This document shows, one piece after another, positions 24,940 through 35,800 of a stretch of 64,000 bases of DNA. The notes under the pieces were generated by a model, which ran no database searches, was not told the origin of the DNA, and saw nothing but the letters and a program-made list of their open reading frames with translations. Location: the NCBI GenBank assembly GCA_951406725.2, contig OX597823.1, forward strand, positions 100,316,001 to 100,380,000, written 5' to 3'. The first letter of the stretch is position 1; every line of letters begins with the position of its first letter. The DNA comes from Octopus vulgaris. Its lineage: Eukaryota. Both the position numbers and the translations under genes were made by a program.

Positions 24940-25325
24940 GGATCTTTTCGGTTTGAAAGGCAGTTTTTTCTCGCGGTGTCATATGAAATTGTCACCCATA
25001 ATTATGACCCTTGTTTTAGGGTTAGAGTTAGGGGAAGGGTATCTGTTTTTCTTCACAAATGTAAATAAATCCAATCTTTCTTAAACGAGGCACATATTCA
25101 TACGGCACAGAATGTTTTTTTTTTACCTCAATAGACGTCAGTGAGTGGTTGAAATTACAGAAATTGAAGAAAAAAACAACAAATATCTTACAAACTATAG
25201 AATTTTCTCAATAAAGCCAAGAGAAAAAGATCTTTTAAAAACACATTCTACCAGTATACGAAGTTTAAAATTTTTAAGTTACCTAGAAATTATATTAAAA
25301 ACTGCTGTTCAAACCGAAAAGATCC
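24940..25325. mobile_element. MITE, GGATCTTTTC family
   Basis: TIRs ggatcttttcggtttgaa / ttcaaaccgaaaagatcc; exact 8-bp TSD CTCTATAC. Confidence 0.88.
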
Positions 25326-26185
25326 CTCTATACTAGTTACCATGATTCTTGATGTGTGCGTAGCCTTTCTTTACTCATTGCCTGCCATCAAGCACTTATC
25401 CGACACTCTCACTAACCTATTTCCTCCTCCTCTCTATATATGATGGAGAAATAAACCGTTTACGTTGGCTGTAATTTTTTTTAAAGAGGTAATCATTTAT
25501 TTAAACAATGATAAGACAAACATATTCAGTTTAAGATTAATTATCACTCTCGCTACACATCGTTGAATAACGCCCATCACAACCAAACCAAAAAGATATA
25601 AAAATCTGTTATTATCACTAAAATATTACGATTACTACTATATTGCACCATTGTAAGAAGACAGAAAACGCATAAGAAAGATTAAAAACATTTGTTGAGG
25701 GAATCCATTCCTTTATGTTGCACCATTCACACCTAATCTCTTAATATTTAACTGAAATGTTGAGATGGAAAGATTACTCAGCAGCATGGATATTTTTAGA
25801 TGTTTTTGAAATATATTAACTAAGATTTATATATATATATATATATAGAAGTCTAGATTTAAGGTCATTTTTCACTGTTACCAGACTACACAAGCCTTAT
25901 CTACTTAAAAATCTTTTATAAGAAAACGAACATATCTTGCAAACAACTTGCACATGCAAGTGCTACCAGTTAAAAGCTCCGTATACTGGAAGCTAGCAAG
26001 TGTATGGGGTCATCAGGAGAGAATGCACACCGTTTCGGGGCCTACCTCTCGACGGCATCAATGCGCACCAGCCCCCCTCACTGATATGAGGCCCCGCTTG
26101 CTAGATCAGCTGGTTATGAAGTTAAACTCAATATACTTCTAGCCATCGCTCATCGTTTCTTTTTAACCAAATCCAGTGGTTAGCC

Positions 26186-27191
26186 GGATCTTTTCCTTTT
26201 GATGGACAGAAAACATTATTGTAAACAAAATTGTAATTTGTAACTTTAACGTAGTTTAATTCTTCGAATTTTAACCAATAAAATCCCAGCATTTGAACTC
26301 AAATCATTTGCTGTGTTATCGATATTGATAAAGAAACATAGCAGACGCATGCCGCATACACACACACACATATATTCAGATACATACACACGTACACTTG
26401 CACACACACACTCTCTGTCACTATCTCTCTCTCTCTCTCTCAAACACATGCATATACATTTGCACAAGCATATAGTAATTAATATATAAGTGTACACACA
26501 CATACAAACAGACATATACATGCACACACAAGCATACATACACGTTCGTGTTTTGCCCCTTGCCGCTACAAATTTACACAAAAGCTAAAGGAACCAGAAG
26601 GGGGGGGCAATGTTTCATTGTTTTGGGGTCGATAAATTAAATACCAACTACGCACTGGTGTCGAGGATTTTTTTCCCAATTTGTATCACAGCTTCCGACA
26701 AACTGGGGCATCTTTTTATGAAAAAATATTTCGCAAATTTTTACAATACGACTCACACTCCACGCACAAACTCTAGACCGCTTTAGGCATATCATTGTTT
26801 TGTTTTTGTTGTTTCTGGCCCTTCAAAACTATGGGAGAAGCCTTTTCGGTAAAAAAAAATAAAGAAAATATTCAAAAAATATTGTTAATATTTTTATTGG
26901 GCGACGAAATTCAGCGATTTAAGAGATATAGCTGTTATTTCTAGCACATGCAGAAGACAGAAGAGATAAGGATGAATAAGACGTGTGTGTGTGAGTTTTT
27001 AGACACAGCAAATGAATTGAGCTCAAATGCTGGAATCTCATTGGTTAAAATTCGTAGAATTAAACTACGTTAAACTTAGAAATTACAATTTTGTTTTCAA
27101 TTATGTTTTCTTTTGACACATTCTACCAGTATACGAAGTTTCAAATTGTTTAGTTAACTAGAAAATTCCGTCCATCAAAAGGAAAAGATCC
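26186..27191. mobile_element. Long-TIR MITE, GGATCTTTTC family
   Basis: TIRs ggatcttttcctttt-gatggac / gtccatc-aaaaggaaaagatcc with extended inverted arms; exact 8-bp TSD GGTTAGCC. Confidence 0.88.
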
Positions 27192-27309
27192 GGTTAGCCT
27201 TCTCCACTGTAGATTGGATATCAGTCATGGTGGTATTGACTTTACGATGAGTTAGGCTTAGCAATAACAACAGTCATCTCACGCTGTGTCCAACAAACCC
27301 TCTACATCC

Positions 27310-27640
27310 AATTTCTTTATTAGCCACATGGGCCCAAACATAGAGGGGGACAATACAGCCTGATTGGGGTCAGACACACAATGGTTATATGACTTTTAAA
27401 ATTTTACAGAATATGAAATCGAATGAGATACAAGGACGAAATACAGACATGAGATGAAGCAGAGATGGCTTACGCCCCGACCCCATTCTCCTACTGAAAC
27501 TTTTGTATGTAAACTTATGACATGATCACAAGGAATCTTTCATTCCCAGCACCCTCGCAACATGCAACCATCTTTCTTTGACAGACATCTTCTTTCCAGC
27601 CTCACCTTCCTTTTAAGGTGGAAGATAAAATATCTCACAA
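27310..27640 (-). mobile_element. Tx1-like LINE 3' end (same family as 1-680)
   Basis: FHLKRKVRLER and a similar 3' UTR (agggggacaatac). Confidence 0.6.
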
Positions 27641-28475
27641 ACCCTCTACATCCGACTTCGATAGGAAAATATTCCGCTTTCCAGCCTGCATCTTCACATT
27701 CCTCGAGGAGGTTTTCATAACGGTTCAATTTTCGAGCCCAAGCGGCGTCCATATTATCGTGAGGAACCGTTAGCTCGACTATATTTACAACTTTCTTTCT
27801 TTCACACCACATCAAAATATCTGGTTTTTTCGTAACTGGGATGGGAAAGAAAACCTGGCACCCAGGTAAATCTGCAGTTACCTCCCAATAGCCGTTCCAC
27901 TTTTCATTTTTCTCAGGAAGTTTCTTGATCTTCTTCTTGAAACGGATCCGCTGACCTGGTCGCACAAAGGTAATGAAATCTCTTGATGGTACTTTCAATG
28001 GTTTTTCCTCAGTGTTGTTGAGATGAATTTGGTTCTTTATAGCATTGAAGATAACCTTAAGGACCAAGTTGTGCTTCCATGTATACCTGTTCAATGCTAA
28101 TGAACAGTTGGAAAGAATATGTTTTAGTGTACCGACCTTTCCACATTTGCAGATGTCATTCTCTAAGACATTCCATCTTACTAGATTCGTAGGTGATGGC
28201 AAAACATCATAAGATGAACGAATCAGGAAACTTGGCCGAGATGTCGTCCACTTCCACATCTCATCACAACTTATCTTCCTCTCAACATGTTCTTCTCATC
28301 TCAACATCTGACCTTGATGAACACATCGGATCAAATGAAGCTCTCTTCTCTTGTTTTGACGCTGTTACTAACAACAGATCTGCGTTCACTCCGCATCATG
28401 CTTGCAAACGGTCAGAACTGATCTGCGCAAAAACCCAAGTCCTTTCCGATGGTTCTGCGTTGCTCCCACCATATC
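27640..28475 (-). mobile_element. Hero-like (restriction-like endonuclease) non-LTR retrotransposon 3' fragment
   Basis: YDVLPSPTNL, CKC...HILSNC, RYTWKHN, KKPDI, VELTVP, IEVGCRGF. Confidence 0.8.
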
Positions 28476-29446
28476 TCTGTGTATAAAATAACAGTTAATT
28501 TGATTTTCAAATAGGTAATTGCCACCTGACTATAAATTTTGAGTTTTTGTGTATTTTATTTTTATAGAATAGCATTAAGGGGTAGCTCCATATTTACTTA
28601 TTTTGCCTTGATACAAGTTTCCTATTATGCAATGGTTTCAGCTAAGACTCCCACCAGTAATTGGAGGGATTCCTTATTTGTGGGCAATATGCATTAATGA
28701 AAGTAATTTGAGATACAAAGAATTTGTATTGCTGTCCCACTGCATGGTACCTTGAGCAAGAGTCTTCAGTTACAACCTCAAGACGACCAAAGTCTTGTGA
28801 GTAGATTTGGTAGATGGAAACTGAAGAAATCTGTTCAGGAGTATCTCTCTCTTAAAATCAAGTTTTTACATAACTTTACTCACTGTTACAAATATTTCAA
28901 GTAATTTGAGGAATTGCTTCCTTGCTATAAGAGAATGGTCGTGGATTAAACGAAATTATTAATTATGCACACAAGCCATTGTATATAGTGAGGAAACAGT
29001 TGAAGTCATTTGAAACGGTGAATAAAGTTATGTAAAAGACTTAGTCTCCATTCTTTGTTTAATTGCTTTCATAGTCTGTGATTAATGCCCCAATTAATCA
29101 ATTAGTGAATAATCTCCACAGTTTTTATGGATTGGCTGGTGTAGATAATCAATATTGATTCTTACACTCTTCACTGGACATTCTAAGCCAGGTTTTCTCA
29201 CATGGTACAGCGGAATGAGGTATTTTCCTACATGTTTTTAATCTTTCTTATGCATTTTCTGTCTTCTTGTCTTAACATGGTGCAATATAGTAGTAATCAT
29301 ATTTTAGTGATAATAAATGATTTTTATATCTTTTTGGTTTGGTTGTGATGGGCGTTATTCAACGATGTGTAGCGAGAGTGATAATTAATCTTAAACTGAA
29401 TATGTTTGCTGTATTGGATTTCTTTGGAGTATACTGAAGCGATATT

Positions 29447-29755
29447 ATGGTTCAGTGATTAGGGCGTCGAGCTTACGATCATGAGGTTGTGAGTTCGATT
29501 CCCAGATCAGGCTGTGTGTTGTGTTCTTGAGCAAGACACTTTATTTCACATTGCTCCAGTTCACTCAGCTGTAGAAATGAGTTGCAATGTCACTGGTGCC
29601 AAACTGTATCAGCTCCTTTGCCTCTCCCTTGGATAACATCAGTGATGTGGAGAGGGGAGGCTGGTATGCATGGGCGACTGCTGGTCTTCCATAAAAAAAA
29701 CCTTGCCCAGACTTGTGCCTCGGAAGGGAACTTTCTAGGTGCAATCCCATGATCA
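29447..29755 (+). mobile_element. Second tRNA-derived SINE family
   Basis: A-box-like tggttcagtgattag, B-box gagttcgattccc, ttgagcaagacactt core. Confidence 0.75.
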
Positions 29756-30209
29756 TTTTAGCCCCAGATACTCTATCTTGCCAGATGTGTCTGACAAGCA
29801 GCAAAACCTTTTTTTTTTTTTTTTTTTGTAATTTCTTCAAATTACTGCACCAGCTTAATAACAACAATGTTATTTTATTAAATTCATTATTTTCAAAATT
29901 AATTCAAACAGTATATTTCATCAGAAATATGGCAACAAAAAAATGTTCGTGTCATCTCTGTAACTAAGTAAAAGCTGGAAGCAAAACCGTCTTGATCATA
30001 ACTGATGTTCTACCAAACTTCCCGACAGATACTACAATATGGCATTTGTCAAAGTGTCCACTAAGCCAATAAATGCCAGAATTATTTGTTCCCATCTCAC
30101 TGCTTTTCTGGTAGATATTTCAGGAGAAATATAACTGTGGTTCCGTTCCTAGTGCAGGTTCTAACTCTACCTTTTTAAACTGTTAAATTGCCTTCAAAGT
30201 CTGAAACGC

Positions 30210-30612
30210 ATGGTCATGTGATGTGTATGGATGAGGACAGCTGCATAAATAAATGCTGAGCTCTAATTATGGAGGGAACCTGTAGAAGGGGGTAAGACCC
30301 AGGAAGACATGGAACAAAGTGGTGAGAAAGGATCTTCCAACGCTGGGCTTCAGTGGGGGATTGATAAGGGACCAGGAGTTGTGAGATTTGCTGTACTTGA
30401 GAATCCATGCATTCGGGCTTGTCCTTTACAGGTGCCGATGCTGCATGAATGCAAGCATCCAGCACACTCTGTAAAGTGGCTGGCATTATTAGCAAGGGCA
30501 TAGATACCATGTCGCAACAGACAATTGAGGTTTGGACAATTCCCTCGCTGGCCAGCTGCATGTCAAACCATCCGACCCATACCAGCAAGGAAAACAGACG
30601 TTAAGTGATGAT
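30210..30612 (+). mobile_element. Decayed RTE-type LINE 3' end
   Basis: Same C-terminus and 3' UTR as other copies. Confidence 0.6.
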
Positions 30613-31537
30613 ATCTCCTTACACCTTTCACACTAATGGCATTTTAACCATGACCATCCCATCATATTTATCTAAGACTCTAGCAGAAGGAGTGAATGCT
30701 TAGTTTATCTTTGTAGAAGTTTGCTCGTCCAGTTTGAGGAGATAAGATCTGGATCAATCCAACAGCTAACGGGATTTAACTAACCGAAGACTTTCTGCTT
30801 GCTCAATATTCTAATATCACTGCAACATTCTAATTTTCAAGCAAAATAGAGAATTTCAACATGACAACAGAGACAGGGGGAGGGGTTCAATATTTGCATT
30901 CAGAACTTACAATGATAGACAATTCTATTGCTTTCTGTTGAATTACTAGTTTGTATCTCAGTTGCATGTGTCTTACCAGTTCCTTGTGACCTCACTGGTG
31001 CCATGTAAAAAAAAAACATCCAGTATGCTCTGTAGAGTGGCTGGCATGTTAGGAAGGGCATCCAGATGTAGAGACCATGCCATAGCAGAGAGTGGAGGTT
31101 AGTGCAGCCTTCTGACTTGCTGGAATCCTCTCAGATAATCCAATGCCAGCATAGAAGAATGTCTGTTAAATCAAGATGATGGTATTTTATAACCAGGGGC
31201 CCTTGGCTGCACTTTCCTCACATAATCTTCAGGATTAAACAACAACCTGAAAGGTGACAATGGTTTACACTCACACCTGCACACGTGTGGCTGTGAACAT
31301 GTCTTGATAGTTGTGAGGAAGAGGTGTCCTTTGCTTGTAATCTTCAATGTCAACGTGTCTGGCGATGCAGAAATATTTGTTTAGCATTAGCAACAGGAAG
31401 GCATCCAGCCATAAAAAATTCCATCTCAACAAATTCTCTCTGACCCATGCCAGCATGGAAAAGTGGACATAAAATGAGGTCACGTCTGATTGTGTGACTA
31501 CTAAACCATACAAAGTTACAAAACACAGACATCAAAT

Positions 31538-31543
31538 TTTATT
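31538..31543 (-). terminator. Candidate polyadenylation signal (AATAAA) for SF3B1
   Basis: AATAAA on minus strand about 1.2 kb past the stop; not verified. Confidence 0.35.
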
Positions 31544-31655
31544 TATAAATGATAAAAGTGACAGCTGAAAGTCTGGAGAAATATTTGGTTTGATTGATTA
31601 TAAAGAAGAGGGGGAAAGAAAAATCCAAAACAGACAATTTGTTAAAGTGTTTGAA

Positions 31656-31712
<57 letters not shown>

Positions 31713-32715
31713 TACAAGTAAGTTGTAAAGTTAATTATAAATTGTTGATGATGATGATGACGACAAGGATCGTGTTTTAGTTGCTGCTGCTGCTGCTGCC
31801 ACTGGAATCTGAATTATTAAAGCTAACTCACTCTAATAGATTAAAGAAAAAGAAACAGAGCAATTAGAACATTGCTAAAGTCGAACACACTGTAGGAAGA
31901 AGGTAAAACGAATAAACGAAAAGGAAAATCTGATTTGCGAAAAGACAAATAGAGATGGAGAAAAAATATTTTTAAAAAGAAAATCTAAAGACTTGAACAA
32001 TGTTCCCAACATCACTTGCTGGCTGTTTTTTTGTTTTTTTTAAGTCACTTTGCCAAGAAAAAAAAAAGCTGAATAAAAAGAAAAGAGAGTGGAAAGAAAT
32101 TGCGTGAGATGTGAGATAGGATGTGTCTTGATCTTGCTGCCTTTCAGGATGGAACTGATTCTGGTGGTGCTTGTGCAGGTTCTGGTAAATACCGATGTTT
32201 TTATGAATGTTGGACAGGCAGCTAAGCAGAAACTATACTGAGGGAACTATGTCCACCTTGGAAACAGTCAAACAAATGTATTTCTAGTTATGTAGACATT
32301 TCTTTTTTTTAAAAACCATTTTTCAATGCAATTTCAGTGAAACTAAACAGCCTTTAGTTCAGAAACTTGAGACTTAACCAAGTAGATGTCCTATCATGTA
32401 ACACGTTGAGGAGATTGTGGGAATATGTAAATGTACGTGTGTGAGAGACGGAGAAAGAGAAAGAATGTGTTTCTGAATATTGTTGTTTTATTTCTATTTT
32501 GAAGTTCTTCCAATGCCAAAAGCTTCTGATCTGTGCACAGAAGTAAGCTTGAAAAGATTCTCTCTCAATGAAAGAGTCAGGATCTTCACAGTAGTTTATT
32601 TACACCGGCACCTCCCGACCATGCGGGCTCGACCTCTCTCTCGCTGTGTGTGTGCCATGTCCAGTTGACAGAATCTAAAACCGGAGGTTCTTGAGTAGGA
32701 TTCAATCACAAGAAA

Positions 32716-32874
32716 TCATAACATATAATCAAGTTCATAGCGAATGTATTGGTTTTTCACATCATTTGGTATACGAGGATAGGCTGGAATCATGCCGTCT
32801 TGGGCACCAATATATACAGTGTTGTACACTTTCCAGTAGACATCTCGCACTTTCCGTGCAGGATGGAAGAGCCC
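32716..32874 (-). CDS. SF3B1: SF3B1 last coding exon ([15 protein letters not shown]...YELDYML*)
   Basis: Manual translation (absent from ORF track); ccag acceptor; TGA at 32718-32716. Confidence 0.95.
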   Translation of the reverse strand, partial: GLFHPARKVRDVYWKVYNTVYIGAQDGMIPAYPRIPNDVKNQYIRYELDYML

Positions 32875-35800
32875 CTGGAAAAGACAAATACAGAAATACT
32901 TTTAAAACCTCAGTCAACTGCAACTAAATTTAGTTTAAGAGAGAAACAGTCTATCACCCAACACAATTTCATATAAAATAATTCTAATCAGATACTTTAT
33001 TAATATCATTATTAAGATTGGAGCTTGGTGCAGCCATCTGGTTCGCCAGCCCTCAGTCAAAATCATCCAACCCATGCTAGCATGGAAAGCGGACGTTAAA
33101 CAAACGAACGAAACAAATGTTATTCATTTCCAATATTCTGCAAAAACATGTCTGACCATAGGAAATATTATCTTGCTTGGAAATGTAGTTGTAGAAAATC
33201 AGCCTCAATAAACTGTTCCAACCCATGCAAGCATGGAAAAGTAGACAAAATGATGAAGTTAATAAAATAACCATTCCTATCCATATATCTTCAATTTACA
33301 TGCAATATTTTTATTAACAAATTAGATTGATTTCAAATTTTCTGATTTAATTACCTTAAGAATGTTTTCCACCTGAACACTTATACTTACCAGTTACATG
33401 AAAACAAAATATTTTTATGGGTTTAATTCGAAAAGGAGGAGCATAACATACAACCCCTTTAAGGGCGCAATGGTGAAGGAAAATGTAGCGTTTCTTACAT
33501 TGTATTTCTTTATCTTTTAACATGGAAGGAAGCAATGTCCATGACCTTTCCAGGCCCTCACAGACTGGTGGGTGGAAGATATCTTTAATGCAGAATCCTG
33601 CCCTGACTGTGTGCAATAGAGTGAACTCTGTTAAATGTGCCCAACATGCCAGATGTTGTTAAATCAAACAAGTAGACCCTGGTAAAATTAGAATTCACAA
33701 TGCCAAGAACCAGATTAGATACCACAAGGTATCTGATATTCAAGATAATCATTCAGGGTGGATGAATATCTTTTGTTTTTTCATTAGCCCCAGATGAAAG
33801 GCAATGTTGACCTCAACAGGTTTTGAACTCAAAGCACACCAACTCAAATGTGTTACAATAAGGAGCAGCATACCAAGGACGCTACTGCTTTGAATCCTGG
33901 AACTGATTCGGCCAGTTCCTTGTTTACAGATGAGCAAACTGTCCGACCGATGCCAGCATGGAAAGCAGATGTTAAACGACTGCAACAACATGAAACAAAA
34001 TATTTTGCTGAAGAACACAAAGGCACCACCTGAGCTTGGAATCAAAACCATATTCTTGTGACAGTAAGTGCAACACCCTAACCTTGTGCCTATACAGCAG
34101 AAAGTATTTATTTCATAGATGGAGATTTAAATCAACAGGTACAAAGTAATTAAACTATTATCAATCAAATATCCATATCTTACCTGTAGAGCATACTGGA
34201 GAATTCTTGCCGACCCCAAACCAACTCGAAGTCCTTCGATGGCTCCCATAAATGCTTGTACAACATGTGGTGATGTTTCAAAAATATTTGGCCAGACATA
34301 GTTCATTAAATGATTCAGAGCATCTTCACAGCCAAAACCATACACCCCAAGAGACAAATGTTGGATAGCAGCCATTGCTGTTTGACGATGAACAAGATCT
34401 CTGCAAAAGATAAACAATGTCCAGGAAATCTATTTTTGGTGCTAATATGATATATAAACATTTTGTTCTTTTGCTCAATAATTCAAGTCTGCACAAACAT
34501 TTTTTTAACATACTCTTTCTCTCCTGCTTTGTTTTTATTTTAATAATGTGACTCCCCTTGGGGTTAGTAGTCTTGCAAGATGCATGGTGACCTTACTAGT
34601 ATTAGTTGCACTAAAAAGAATCCAGCAGTAAAAAGAATCCATGCCAAAGTAGTCTCTGGATCCTGTCAAACTGTCCAACCCATGTCAGCATGGAACAGAG
34701 ATGTTAGACGATGATGATTGTGCATTGTTAACACAACTAACAACTCTGATCTTATTTTGATATTTCCCACTATATTTCAACTACAATACCTGCTCTAATT
34801 ACATTACAGAAACCATCTATGATGCGTAGTAAGGCATCTGAATGGTCTATAAATTTCCTTTCATGAATGTCTCTAACAAAACTTCCGAACCAGGAACATT
34901 TTAGGTTGGGGTCCTCAGTCAGTTTGAGAGACAACCATATGAACCCTAAATGTCTGTACAGGAAATGTGCCATTTATTACTATTTTGTACTTAGGCTCCT
35001 TTGTACTTCTTTTTTTTTTCTGAACTCTAAACCGCTTTTTCAAACTGGAAACTGTACTTGCAATGACAGATTCAGCCATGAGAACCATGTTGTCGTCATA
35101 TAAAAGTTTCCAAGGACTAAAACTGAAATTGCCACTAATCCTGAACCTGCTTACAGATCAACACAAGCTCTCTCTCAAAAACTTCCTTCTTACACATGGC
35201 TTTCTCAGTTCCCGTGGAAGAAGTAGACCCAGGAAAACCTGGGACAAGGTGGTGAAGCACGACCATCGAACTGAGGCAATGACTAGCAATCAAGACCTTT
35301 GGAAATATGCTGTGCGTGAGAAGACCCAGCAGGACAAGTGAGTCCATCCCAGCCAGCCCACTTATGCATGCCTTTCCTTCCCTTGGACACACGAAGACCT
35401 GTTGAGGCAAGCGAAGTCGAAATCGAACCTCATCCAACGACAGGCACCCATGCCAACCTCCCTTCATTGGACATTAAACTCTGCTTGCGAAGACCTGTTG
35501 GGGCAAGTGAAATCAGAATTGAAATTGAACCAATCCTATGAATGGCATCCGGCAGTTGCCAGGGCCACTGGACTGACTCGTGTGCAGGTGGTAAGTAAAA
35601 AAACACTGTTTCAACCCTGTGCTTGAGGAGATCCATTGAGTCAAGTACACCAACATCAAAAATCAATGGAAACTGCAGTTGTGATCCCTCCGAACGTGGC
35701 CGATGCCAGCGCCGCCTAGACTGGCTTCCATGCTGGTGGCACGTAAAAAGAACCATCCGAACGTAGCCGATACCAGCTCCGCCTTGACTGGCTTCCATGC

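Noticed and set aside
34770-35103. Duplicated or mutually exclusive SF3B1 exon
   Set aside because: No similarity to neighbouring exon translations in the frames examined.
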